NCBI RefSeq assembly: GCF_036588685.1
Contig: NC_086375.1
Coordinates: 13,826,001 to 13,890,000, forward strand
Length of the DNA stretch: 64,000 nucleotides
Direction of reading: 5' to 3'
Source of the DNA: Mytilus trossulus
Lineage: Eukaryota
The notes under the pieces: model-generated
What the model saw: the letters and a program-made list of their open reading frames with translations, nothing else
What the model was told of the DNA's origin: nothing
Databases searched by the model: none
Shown: in pieces, positions 24,503 to 38,466 of the stretch
Numbering within the stretch: the first letter of the stretch is position 1
Layout: every line of letters starts with the position of its first letter
Position numbers and translations under genes: made by a program

Positions 24503-25716
24503 GTGTGTACATAAATGGAATACTTTTGTCCTGATATGTAATGACAAATATACCACTGGTTCTACATGTTACCAACGTTATTTCGACTGATCGGGCGGAG
24601 CTTATATTTTAATTTGCATAAGGACAGTCTATATGAAGAGGTGTGTGATTAAGATGATTCTTTAACTATTATTAATTCCTATCAGTGTCATATTAATACT
24701 TTCAAATCAACAATTTCCAAAATGTGACACTAATTGCATGGTGTCGCCAATGTACTTTATCAAAATATTCTTCCCTTAAAATATCGGGTAAATATCAATC
24801 AAACTTGGCCACAATAAGTTTTGTCTATAATCTTAAAAACCAATATGGAAAGACAAAATCTTATAAGGGTAGAAATATTGAGAATGTTAAGATCTACCAC
24901 TTGTCCATTCACATCAAAACTGTCAGTTAACTTTTGATAGGAGTTACTGCCCCTCAATATCATAATTTATCAATATTTTTATTGTTTGTCAATTACTTTA
25001 ACAACTATGATAGAAACAGATACAATTTTTAGGGAAAATACCATTTAATTTTAAGGGGTACGAAAAATTTTGTTCCTGCATATTCTTTATTCGTAATCTC
25101 TGTCCTGTTTTTTATTTTTCAATCTTCTCGTTCATGCCTGTTTTACTAGTATATACTGATTTTTTTTACTGAAATTGTCATCCTGCCTTTTTGTGGCAAC
25201 TTGTTCATCCTGCTTTTTTTTACTCAAAACACCTATACTGCCTTTTTTAGGAAATTGCATCCTACCCCCTCCCTAAAAATTAAATATTAGCGCCCTAAGC
25301 AAGACAAGATCTACAAATAAGTCAAAATAAATTTTAGCGGCAGCACTCTTGTTGGTTTAAATGATATGACTCTATGATATTTTGTTATGAATATTAGATA
25401 CATGTGTATCTCTTTCATTCTGGTAAATTACACAATAAGTGGAAAATCGCTCATGCAGGTAAATATACATTTCGAGAAACAGGTTTTGATAAGGTCAGAA
25501 AATTATTAAGTCTGTGTGAAAAACAGCTTGAATCTGCGACAATAAGAAGGTGGTAATATCATATGTCAATCAAAATAATCAAAATCTTTAGGTATGGCAT
25601 AGGACAACTACTGACTTGGTTCCCTACTTGGGACAGGCTCACAAATTTAGCCCTTTTAGGTTATATATATATGAATTCCATCCAATCACAGGTGCTTGTG
25701 TTTTGGAACTGAATCT

Positions 25717-26295
25717 TTTTATGCCCCCGCCATTGTATAGGTGTCATTAAGTTTTACCTTTGTCCGTGTGTAAGTCCGTACTTCCCAAAAATGGTTTCTG
25801 TTATCTAACTTTAGTTTGCCTTAACCACATATTATGCAAAATACTTATCACCACAACACACAGATGATCAAGTTTGAATTTCCGTGGCGTTATCTACTTT
25901 TTCTATTCCATTATTTTGCTCCTTTATAAATTGAAAAATTGCTGAACGTTTTTGTCTATTCTTCCAATTTAGTTTGCCTCAAATAAACATTATGCATTTT
26001 ATACACAATGCTTGTTACCAAAATACACAGATCTAGTAAAGATATTGGAGGCGTCGTCTTTTCCTGTTCAGGAGTTATGCCCCTTCACAAATAACACAAT
26101 TGCTGAACTTTCCTTTCCGTTCTTTTACTTAACTTTGCATCAACCAAATGTTATAAAAGATATACATAATGCTTATAATCACAAAAACTCAGATCAAGTA
26201 CAAATTTGAGTAGCGTTACTTTTGTCGTTCTTGAGTTATGTCCTTTTCTTATGTTATATGCATGCATCATCATATGTGTTCCATGGACATTTATT
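25717..26295 (+). mobile_element. Helentron-type non-autonomous element, third copy, with ~160-bp internal repeats
   Basis: Same termini and repeat unit as 18335-19730. Confidence 0.6.
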
Positions 26296-29200
26296 TTCTG
26301 TTGTTTGCACTAAATTATATTAAATTTTCTATTTATAGCCATTAATAGTCTACGTTTGTCTTCAATTGTTTAGGGTGATTTCATCAGCTCTCATTCAATC
26401 CCTTATTTTTTCTACCCATTCTCAAAAATAATGTTTATTAATTACGGATAGTTATAGACTATTAAAGGGATTGTACATAAAAAAAAGTAGGATTTCTGAA
26501 TATCCTTAATGGTTATTAATCCGATCTTTTTATGATTATACTACCCCTTATACCTTTGAGAAAGACAGTTAATAATGATACAATAGAAATTAAAAGTTTA
26601 AAAATCATTGAGATGATTTAAGGGATAGAAAACCCTTTAATGGTGACCAGAAAAACCTTAAATCCCTAAAGGCATGAATTGAACTTTGTGACATTTAATT
26701 TAATTTTAATTTAACATGTTACTTACATTTTTGTTCTTTATGCTGTGTCTTTAGAAAACAAATTTCCAATAGAGTTCAATCTATGCAAGTAACACTATTT
26801 GAATCAAGTCATATGTAAATAATGTGTTCCTTTCTGTCCTGGAAAAAAAAGCTTCGGACAGCATGAACAACTTCTTTGAATTAAACATTTGTTAAGAAAG
26901 GATTAAGTATGCCAATTTATATCATACATATTTGAGTATGCTGGTTTCTTGTGATCAATTCTGATTGGATTACTCATAGCATTAACTTGATTAAAGGATT
27001 TGTGTGCTTTGAATGAAGGGTTTGTGTCACTCTATATTTATTTTTCTTAGAACATGTATCATTGTTTATCTTGATTGATGTCATGGTGATGTGTTGCCTT
27101 CTTTGAATTATTATTTTGAATCCGTCTTCCTATATTCTAACTAAAATTCGAACAGATAAATAGTTATTAACCTTAGATTGTACGACAGGCAGTAAGGCTT
27201 AAACATTTTCCTCTACAATGATTTGAGATATGTCAATCAATCTTCCCTATTACAAAAGATAAGCCAAATTAAATTTATTTCTTTTCAAGCTTGGCCATGC
27301 CTTGATGTTCATGAGTCCTTGAATGATAGATTAATCATCAACAGTAAGTCTTTTATGTGTTTAACGGTTTAACCAGTCCTTTTACAAATTATGAACATAG
27401 GTCAAGGTAAATTGATGATTTTCACTTAGTAATTCATATAAAGTTACATTCCCCATTTCAAATCTCAATTTTATTGTATTTTTTTAAGACAAATCTAAAA
27501 CATGTGTATTAGCTTGAAAAACATTGAAAACCCTTTTTCAGTTAGATTTATATGCAGAAGTCCCAACTTTACACTATTGTTTTGTCTTCATGAATACTTT
27601 TTTTTTTTATCAAATGTCAGTCATATTTTTGGGTCTGATAACTTTCTTTGTAGGTGGCGCTGTTAGGTTTGTAGAGTCTTCAGTGATCCATAACACTATG
27701 TCAGGAAACAATTGACAGTCTCTGTCCCATTAAGAGAGATTTATTTAGTATTCTAGTGTGCAGGTTAAACTTGTTTTTTAATAATTCTTTGATGTCAAAA
27801 TCAATGTGTTTATCGTGAAATTTATAGATTCTGGATTAGGAAGATAAAAAGACTTTCGTCATCAATATTTTCTACCAAATGCTATTTAAATATAAATCAT
27901 AAAAATAAAAGTGATGGATAATAAAAGAGCTAACACGACAGTTTTTCTCTCTAACTACATTTATTTAAGATTTATTATTTCCCATTAATATGGAAAAAAA
28001 TATAAAGTGTTTTATGCTGTTAAAATATAGATTTCAAATAAAAACTTACCTGTCATATTTTATAATATAGGTGAAGTAAGATACCAACCATTCTCTAAGA
28101 ATTTATTTCCTTCCGTCTTTCTGTCCTTTTGCTTTTTCGTTCAACCTTCCCAGATTTGTCTCGTCTACGACGACAGTTGCAGTATACATATATTACTATA
28201 TGGCGGCGGCGGCGGCGTTAACTTTTTGTTCAAAGATGTATATTTCAGAAGGATGAAAACCTGGATGCTAACTGAACTGTATACAGATAACTTATGTTAC
28301 GAGTAATGGACTGTCATATGTTTAATATCCTTAACCTCTTTCTCAAAGTCACGGACTGCTTGAAAAAAATGAGAATATGAATTTCTCACATATTATGAGT
28401 AAAAGGATAACCATATTTGGTATATAGGGGTTCTTTGCATCATTACCTGTTTGTCAGACACTGACCACCCGACCTCTATCGAATTTCATGTTTTTATTTT
28501 AACCTGCATCTTTAAGACTTTCAACATAATCTATGGCCAGTAAAGCCGGCGATACATTTCAGTGTGTGCACTATTTTTATTGAAAACCTCGAGCAGGGCA
28601 TACGTGTAGACACATTATTCTTTCACCTTTAGTTCTAATTCAGTTAACTATTGTTATTCGATTTTTAACGGACAAAAGATCTTATTGTATAATAAGAATA
28701 AGAACGAGTAGCAGTAGTGCCTGTAATTATGTGGTAGTTTTCCTGTCAGGTTACAAACCAAAATATTCAAGTGATAATTAGTTACTTGAGTATTGTCAGT
28801 TCAATTAAAAAAAAATATAAGAGCCTTTTTTGAATATTGATAAATGTGGAAATAAATTGTGTGAGCAGTTGAGGTGACCTTATGATAGATTTTCTATGGT
28901 TCCACTTGATGAAATGTGATTTCAACTCCTTCTTAAAATACGAAACTTGACAGCATATAAGTTTCCTTCGAGTGTGTATGTGTTATGCTTTATTGTCCCC
29001 TGCGTAACGCATTGTGGGGGACATGGAAATACAGAGCGTCTGTCCGGACTTGCTAGCAATTTAGTTATAAAAAACATGCATATTTTTTTAATTTGTAGTT
29101 TCACATAAATTTAAGAATAATACTATAAGAATAAAAAGTTTATAAATTATATTAATGATTTAAGAGACAGAAAAGTATTTTTTTCAGAATTATATTTATT

Positions 29201-30291
29201 ATAACTTTTGTTTTTGATCTATCATGTTAAAACAAATATAATTTCTTTAAATCAAATTGTGGTTTCAACATGTTCGAGAAATAAAAAGAAGAATGAAATT
29301 CTTATAACTACTTTTTAGTGTTTTTAGTGTCTTATCCTCATGAAAGTTATTAAGTATATTTCTCAGGACAGACTTTGTATTGATATCAGAGTTTAATTCC
29401 AACATATTTTTTTTCAAAGGCAGACAATTCAATTCTTTGTTTGTATTTGTAATGTGTGTATTAAAGAGAGGTGTGACAAAAATTTAAAAAGAAAATGAAC
29501 TGAAAAAAACAAAAAGTTTTGCTCGATGGAGGTGCCCAGGATCCATTGATTCAATTGGATGTTGAGTAATAATAAACTATAGAAAACTTTTTTTCACAAA
29601 ACTAAAATAAAATGGGAATTATGTCAATAGATGGAATAGAAAATATATAATTAATCTAGGTTCTGTTCATTTGCTGTTTAGGATTAGATATAGGAAGATG
29701 TGGTGTGAGTGCCAATGAGACAACTCTCCATCCAAATAACAATTTATAAAAGTAAACCATTATAGGTCAATGAACGGCCGTAAACACGGAGCTTTGGCTT
29801 ACACCGAACAATAAGCTATAATTGCCCCCAAAATTACTAGTGTTCAAACGAGAAAGCCAACGGTCTAATCTATATAAAAAAAACTACATTTGTGTCTTTC
29901 TACATTGTACCTGTTTTAAGGTACTCATTGAGAAATATGGACATTTAGAAACCAAACTAGCCCCTTTCATGCCCAGTTGACTTTATGTTGATTTTACTAG
30001 TCATGAGTCATTCGGTCTTAAAGCTTTGTGGTATTGATATATCATTGTCATTCAAATGTTTGGCTAAAATGATGGTTGATACTGAAAATGCACAGTATTT
30101 TTTTTTTTTTTAATTTCTGTTTTCATTTTCTATTTGAAATTGATTTTTATGAAAAGTGAACCAACATGTATTCCTATGATAAAAGATGTACTACTAGATG
30201 CCTTTATGAGGAGGATATAATGTCCTTGATATCATTTATCACTATGTACATATATCCTTCTATTCAAAAATAAAATGAAATAAGATGATAC

Positions 30292-31979
30292 TCAAATTTT
30301 ATATACAAAAGCTGTATAATTGTTATCATCACTTGTTTTACTTGACACTATCATCATTCCTGTTTCTCTGTTGATATCTATTGCCCATGGATCTTTGATT
30401 CCATCCTTCTCTGACAGTATTGTTTTACACGTTTTACCATCTGGTGATACTACCATGATACTGTTGTTTCCATTGGAAGCTATATAAACAAAGCCATTCT
30501 TGTCTAAAGAAAGACCCTTTGGTTCGGTAATGTCTTGGCTCTGATATGTCCAGAGAGGCCCTCCTGTACTTTTATAGCAGCAGACATTGTTTTGAGAGGA
30601 ATATATGCCATATATATTTCCTTGGAAAAGTGCAATAGGTCCCAGTCCTCCCATTCCTTCTAAGATGGTATGAGACATGTAATTCAGATTTATTTTAGTA
30701 CTCTGGCTGTTACCACCACTGATGATTAAAGTTTCACCCTCACTTGCCACTCCGGTACAACAATGAGGAAGTTTAATTGTTTGAAGAATTTTATTTTCTT
30801 TTACATCAACCAGTACTGTCTGGTAGGCGTATCCTAGTGTGACAGCCACTGCATTTTTTCTGACAAAGCAAGCATCCATGGGATATCCTATAAATGTAAC
30901 TACTTTTCTAACGAAGATGCCATCACTACTGAACAGCACTATTTGTTTTTGTAATAGTCAAGTATTATAAAAGTACCATCTGGTAGTATTAGACATGCAT
31001 GTATATCTAAATGCTTCATATCTTCTGGAAGTGCCAGTGTTGTCAACACGTTTGGCTTTATTTTTTCTATGCCAGGAACTTTTGGAACCAAGTGCTGAGC
31101 TTGATCTTTTCTTACAGCATTTATTTTTAGTGAAGAAGATATGGTATTAATATTAATATCTCCAAATGATTTGACATTTTGAAATATTGATTGAAGAGCA
31201 GATGAAATGTTCACCTCTAGATTCTTTTCTTCAGCACTTTCTAAATCTTCAGAATATTTTGTCGCTTGTGATGCTATTTTCTCAATTTCTCTCAAACCAA
31301 TATACATCTGCAGCTCTGTAGCATATTGCGTCATTTTGGTAAACTGGCTCTGCATTAGGTCTATTTGACTGGCTTGGTGTTCCATTTGTTGAACGAGAGT
31401 GTCCATGTTTGATTTAAGCTTTGAATGTTTAGAATCTAAGTCATTAAGTAGGTCTTGTTCCAATTTGTTTAAATAATCATTGATCAACTTCCTCATATAG
31501 CAGATTTCCTCAGTGGCTTTGGATTTCTGAGTATTGATAGTACTAATCTTGTTTTTCATATACTTTATGGCTGTATCTAAGTTTTCCTTCGCATCCTTTA
31601 AATCTTTTTCAAAAAGTTGAACCGAGGCCGATGATTTGACTTGCTTTAGGATATCAGACAAGGGTTTCATTTCATGACATTTCGAATGTTTATCAGTGAT
31701 GCACTGGACACAGCATGGACTGGCATGGAAAGGACAGTAAAGTTCAATTTTTTTCTTGTGGTCTTTGCATTGGCTACTTATTTCTTGCATGAATGTAGGT
31801 AACTTTCGGTAATCTTCAGTTGACATGGTTTTATGATTCGTAGACAGATGGAACTTACTGTGTGGTTTTTCACAGTCTCTACAAAAGAAAACCGCGCATT
31901 CTGTGCACCATATGACTGCTGGGTTGAATATCCCATCATCATGGCAAATTGTACAAAGGTTCTTGACTGATGAGGCCAT
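30292..31979 (-). pseudogene. TRIM-like copy 4, split by a 1-bp deletion in a homopolymer (pseudogene or assembly error; 562 aa if repaired)
   Basis: Two adjacent ORFs together give the full protein. An A5 run (T at 30946-30950) reads YYKNK* where one more A gives YYKKQIVLF, matching paralogues. Acceptor AG at 32007-32006. Confidence 0.88.
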
Positions 31980-32763
31980 TATACTTTTCTCTCTATTCTT
32001 TATATCTGAAATGAAAGGGGGAAAGTCTTTAATTTGAATTTATTCATCAGTTATTACCGAAAATGTTGAACCAATTTAAATGTATTTATACTATAGTTTT
32101 CTTTCATTCAAAGACCAATTACGACTTCTTTAAAAATTCATTTATTTATTCATTATCAGCTGATTGCAAATTATAGCTTTTTGGCAACATTTGTTTATCT
32201 ACTAATTAAAAAAGGTTTTATGGTAAGGTTAACTTGTTTCAGTTATAGTTAAACACCTAAGGATAGGTGTGTCTGGATAAGATTCCCAGTCGTCCAGAGG
32301 CCAGGGGTTTCTTATCTAGACACGTAGTATCTCAAGGTGTATAACTAGCATATTCCCTAAGGTAAACCCTGTATTTGCTAACATAGGTTTTTAAATGAAA
32401 AAGAACGGAAAGCATATTTCTTGACAATATCAAACTTTGATTTATAAGATTTTTTTATTATTTTTACATGAAACCCCACTTGACATCTTCTTTCAAACTT
32501 TGACAAGTGAGTAGATTTTAGAAATGTCGAAGTTGCTGTTTTGCATATGATTGTTAAACGCATGCGCTAATATGGAATAGCAGGCGAAGGTTGACTGTTT
32601 CGTGCATTATTTTTACAAAACAAAATACAACCTGCTCTTTGTATGAAATTGTTAATATGGGCGGGGACATGACGAACAACATTTTGAGTCAGGCATTGAA
32701 TTTGGTAGAAAAAACAAAAGATAAAGACTAAATTATAATTCAAAGTTCTTATACATGGGTCAT

Positions 32764-33161
32764 GAAACGCGCGTCTGGCGTACTAAGTTATAATCCTGAT
32801 AACTATTAAGACCACTGGGTCGATGCCTCTGCTGGTGGACGTTTCGTCCCCGAGGGTATTACCAGCCCAGTAGTCAGCACTTCGGTGTTGACATGAATAT
32901 CAATTATGTGGTCATTTTTTATAAATTTCCTGTTTATAAAACTTTGAACTGTTCGAAAAACTAAAGATTTTCTTATCCCAGGCATAGATTACCTTAGCCG
33001 TATTTGGCACAACTTTTTGGAATTTTGGATCCTCAATGCTCTTCAACTTTGCATTTGCTTGGCTTTATAACTATTTTGATATGAGCGTCACTGATGAGTC
33101 TTATGAAGACGAAACGCGCGTCTGGCGTACTAAATTATAATCCTGGTACCTTTGATAACTA
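32764..33161 (+). mobile_element. Greater-than-unit-length hammerhead retrozyme (monomer 347 nt, cleavage site to cleavage site 32776-33122)
   Basis: GAAACGCGCGTCTGGCGTACTAA occurs at 32764 and 33111, with a complete hammerhead at the 3' junction. Confidence 0.9.
33083..33128 (+). ncRNA. Type-I hammerhead ribozyme, canonical core
   Basis: Stem I CGTCA/TGGCG; CTGATGA; stem II GTCT-TATGA-AGAC; GAAA; palindromic CGCGCG stem III; GUC cleavage after 33122. Confidence 0.93.
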
Positions 33162-36100
33162 ATTATACTTGTTTAATTAAGGTTATCATAAATGCATTTT
33201 TCTCATGTTACGGTTTAAAAAAAAAAGCACCCCCTTTTTTCTAAATAGTAAACAAACATGCATATTCGGACATACTGAGGGAAAGATGTGTCGGGTTTAG
33301 ACACGCTCAACATACAAAAATACAGATTGAATATTAAGGAACTCCCTTTAGGAGGAAATCCGGGTGGGGGGAGCAGGATTACAACTCCCTCTTCTTTTTT
33401 TCTTTAAAAAAAAAGATGCTTAAGAACAGAGACATATTACGGGAACATACATTTTATCTACAAACAAAGGAGAATTTAAAGAGGTTTTTATATGACAGTT
33501 GTTGTCCATTTGTTTGATTCGTTTTATCTTTGATTTTGCCATTTTATTAGGGACTTTCCGTTTTGTGATGTTCTCTGAAAAATCTAGAGATTTGTAGGAT
33601 AACAAATTAAAATAACTTTTTGTATGAAAAATAAAAATTGCCCCTTTGAGATATCTCGCGTCACTATTTCTTCAACCTTAAATTAGTTCACGTAGTTTTT
33701 AAGCTTTAAGTTTTTTTAAACATTTATTAGAATACGAATAAAAGGTGGCGTTGGGTAAAACGTCATTGAAAGAGCAACCTAACGATCAAAATAACTATGA
33801 TCAATCTGTTCTGTTCTGATATATACCCCCTTTTTTAGAGGCGCATTCCACTTATGGGATGAGCATACTTAACCGAAACTGAGAAACTGAGAACTGAAAA
33901 AGTAGATATCTTAATATTTACAATATGATGAATTTTAATATGATGTTATCCGTTCGTTTGAAGTTATTTATCTTTTGATTTTTCCATTTCATAAGGGACA
34001 TTCTGTTATTGATTATAAAAAATACCAGGACTAATTTGGTACAACCGCCTGGAAAGCCTACATATGACTCAGTGGCACTTAAATCAACATATAATTACCA
34101 CATATCAGCTTAAGGATTACTCTAACCGTTTGAAGGTTTGGACTATGTATCTGATACCTACACTGCACAAAAATCATTTACTGTCATTTCATCTCGGCCT
34201 CTAGTAAGTGTTTTACAACTTATTTGTCATATAAAATATTGACTAGTCTAAAATTTGTATAAGATAATATCTCCCATCTTTTTTTCTATGTATTTGTTTT
34301 TAGTTGATATCTGTTAAGTTTATAAAAATACCAGGATTAATTTGGAACAACCGCCGCCCATTTAGTCTACATGAGACTCAGTGGCACTCAAATCAACATA
34401 TAATTACAACAATTCAGCTAAACGACTACACCGAACATTTGAAGGTCCATACTATATATAAGCTACCTATACTACACACAAACCGATTACTTTCGTTTCA
34501 TCTCGGCCTCTAGTAAGTGTTTTCAATGTATTTCGGTTGTTTCCTGTAATTAGTTAATACTTCAGTTTTATCATATATCTTTTGTATAGTCATTTTATAA
34601 AATTTACTGTTTGCAAAAGTATAAATTATTCTAAATAATAGGGATGTTCTGGTACCGTTTTTTTGTAGTATACCGCTGTTCAAAACTCATAAATCAATGG
34701 ACAAAAAACAAAATCGGGGTAACAAACTAAAACTGAGGGAAACGCATTAAATATAAGAGAACAACGACACAACATTAAAATGTAGCACACACAGAAACGG
34801 ACTAAGCATTAGACAAAATCCTGTGAGAATAACAAACATAACCAACGAATAATAACTACTCAACAGTACCTAAGTTCGTTTTCATGCAGTTCATATAATG
34901 TGATTTACACATATAAACGAAGTTGTAATATTCACACATCAACATATTTGTCAAGTGGGTTTTACCGGTGTACGGAAAAATTTATAATGAGAATTTAAGG
35001 AACCATTCATTTATTAGAATTTGCATCAACAGCCTTTATCAATTCCAAGTTTTAGTCTCAAACGCAAAGTCTTCGTTTCACTATCATCTAGAGCTATAAT
35101 CCCCACATTCAAACTGCTAATGATTTTTCGACTAATGCTCGACTTAGAATCTCTTTAATGTTTTAAGTAAGTATTTTATCAAATACAAATTTTAAACATT
35201 CTTATTTACTAGTACATTTGTACTTTATTATGCATAGTTGCATAGATTGCCAAAAAAAATTACAAAAAATGTAACATTATTTAAATGTCTGCAACTCATA
35301 TAAAAAAATTGTATACAAACGCATGTCGCTTTATTTATGTTTTTAATTGCTAAGACAAAGTATTTAAATTGAAGTTAAGTGTCCCATATATTGTACATTT
35401 AAATTCCAACTGCATATTCCTGTCTGTCAAAAAGTTCACGATAAGAATATTCAGACATTTTAATTTTTCAAATACAATTTTTATAACTTAAAATTCAGCA
35501 TTATAAAAGAAAGCAACAGTCCATATTTGCCAAAAAAAAGAGTCTTGATTTTGATAGAAAGTTTTAAACATAATAGATTTCATAGTGGTGGAAAACAGAG
35601 GAACCGGAGAATTAACACTTTCTTAATATTAATTGCTAATTTATACACAGTCCAAAATTTGATTGATATGATATCGTCACTCTTTTATTTTATTTATGTA
35701 TTTTGAATATCTGTAAAAATAATTAATGATACCAAGTTTAATTTGGTACAAAAGCCGTGCTTTTGTCGACATAACTCTCATCGAGGCTCAAATCAGCATA
35801 AACCGGGGAATAACAACATCCCAGCTTAAGTTTGGGGTTCGTGTTTTTTATTCTTTAGTTTTCTATGTTGTGTCGTGTGTACTATTGTTTGTCTGTTTGT
35901 CTTTTTTCATTTTTAGCCATGGCGTTGTCAGTCTGTTTTAGATTTATGAGTTTGACTGTCCCTTTGGTATCTTTCGTCCCTCTTTTGTAAGTCCTCCTCT
36001 GATCATCTGCAGGTCCGTAATATGTTAATGTTTCCTATACTACATAAACATCGATAACTTTCGCTTCATCTTGGCCACTAGTGAGTGTTTTACAACAAAT

Positions 36101-36684
36101 ATTTCATCCCTTTTCAACTGATTATTATATTTTTCTGATGTTGTACTGCTTAACCACTGTCCAGTGGGCGTCCACAAGCTTGTTTCATCTCACCACTGTC
36201 ACATTATGTATGTGACTGTCCCACGTCAGAATCATGTTATTCAGATGTTGTCCTCTGCTGCTAATTGTTTCATATCACATATTCTTACTATAATGTTAGA
36301 TAGTATGTACTAAAACAGGTATTTCGATTTTTTAGCATCGACATTTGATTTACAACTCCTCTTGAGTAAATACTTCAATAGCAACTTTCAAATCCAGGTT
36401 GGAATGCCGTGTAAAGTTATGTTAAACAGATGTTTAGTGCAGCACTTGGGAGATTTATGTAATATAACTTTGTTTAGAAACAATGTTCAATGCAGTGAAG
36501 GAAAATCCATCTTATATCTTTGGTTGAGACTTCAAAAGAATATAAGAAGATACATTTGATTGACCAGGACTTCTTTTTTTACTCTCACTAAGTGTATTGT
36601 CTATACCTTATTTCGTTTTCAAACAACAGATGTAATATGATTAACACACAAAAACGAAGTTGTTACATTAACACATCAATATAT

Positions 36685-36803
36685 AGTCATCAAAAGTACC
36701 AGGATTATAATTTTATACGCCAGACGCGCGTTTCGTCTACATAAGACTCATCAGTGACGCTCAGATCAAAATAGTTAAAAAGCCAAAACAAATACAAAGA
36801 TGA
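36685..36803 (-). mobile_element. 5'-truncated retrozyme insertion with intact hammerhead (36718-36762) and 7-bp target-site duplication
   Basis: AATATAT at 36678-36684 and 36804-36810. The empty site is visible in the neighbouring array unit at 38605-38611. Confidence 0.88.
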
Positions 36804-38282
36804 AATATATCTGTCACGTAGATAGTACCGGTGCATACAACATTCGCATTTATACTCAAAGAACCATTCAATTTTAATTAGAATTTGTATCAACATCCTC
36901 ACAACTTTATTCTATTCTAAATTATATTATCAATTGCAAATTTATCATTTTACAATCATCTATAGCTATAACCACCCATTTTTAAACTGCTATTAATTCT
37001 TTCTTAAATACTCCCCTTATAATCTCTTATTGTTTGGAAAAGTATTTTATAATATACAAGTTTCAAACATTTATATTTACGAGTACATGTGAACTTTATT
37101 ATACACAGTTGCTTAGTTTGCAAAAAAAAGGTCAATACTTGTTACATAATTTTAAATTTCTGCACAGCATACAAAATTTCTGAATAACAACGTGACGCTT
37201 CATTTAGTTTTTAGTTGCTTAGACAATGTATTTAAACTTAGCTAGGTGTCCCATATATTGTACATTTAACCTCCAACTGCATATTCCTGTCTGTCAAAAA
37301 GTTTATGGTAAAAATATTCAGATCTTTCAATTTTTACAAATACAGTGTTTTATAACTTAAAATTCAACATTTATATAAAAAAAAAACTAGCAACAGTCCA
37401 TAATTGCAAAGAACAAAGAGTCTTGATTTTGTTTAAATGAATGTTGAAACATAATAGATTTCACATTGGAGAAAATTAGAGGAACTGGAGAATAAAGTCT
37501 TTCTTATCATTTATTGCTTATTTATACACAGTCCAAAATTTGATTGAAATGATATCTTCACTCTTTTTTTTTATTTATTTGTTTTAAATATCTGTAAAGA
37601 TTATTAAAGATACAGAGATTAATTTGGTACAGCAGCCGTACTTTTCGTCTACATAATACTCAGCGGTGCTCAAATCAGCATATAATAACAACATCCCAGT
37701 TTAAGGCCTCTCTAAACATATGTAGGTCCAAAATATGTAAATGATTCCTATACTTCACAAACACCGTTAACTGTCTTTTCATCTTGGCCTTTCGTGTGAG
37801 TGTTTTACAACTTTTATTCCATCCCTTTTCAACTAATTATTATATTTTTCTTATGTTGTACTGATTAACCACTGTCCAGTGGGCGTCCGCAAGCTTGTTT
37901 CATCCAACAAAATTATGTAGTTGACTGGCCCACGTCAGTAGCATGTTATTCAGTGGTTGTCGTCTGCTGCTAATTGTTTCAGTTGAAATCATACCACATC
38001 CTCTTACTTTAATATCAGATAGTATGTACTAAAACATGTAAATTTCTAGCACCTACAGTTGATTAACAACTCCTCTTCAGTAAATGCTTTCATAGCAACT
38101 CTAAAATCCAGGTTTAAATGTTTTCTTAAAATTATGTAAATGGTTTAAAAATATGTTTAGTGCAGCACTGGGCAAATTTATGTAATAAAACTTTGTTTTG
38201 AAGGACACATTTGAAATTTTTATATCCAATACACTGAAGGGAAATCCATTTTATATCTTTGGTAGAGACTTCAAAAGAATAT

Positions 38283-38466
38283 AATAAACTCATTATAGAT
38301 ACCGGGTATAAAATTTAATTTTTAAGACAGACGCGCGTTTCGTCTACAAAAGACTCATCAGTGACGCTCGTATCAAAAATGTTTTGAAAGGCCAAATAAA
38401 GTACGAAGTTGAAATGCATTGAGGACCAAATATTCCTAAAAGTTTTGCCAAATACAGCTAAGGTAA
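38283..38466 (-). mobile_element. 5'-truncated retrozyme with hammerhead (38326-38370)
   Basis: Minus strand GAGCGTCA-CTGATGA-GTCTTTTGTAGAC-GAAA-CGCGCG-TC. It is absent from the paralogous unit near 36540. Confidence 0.85.
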
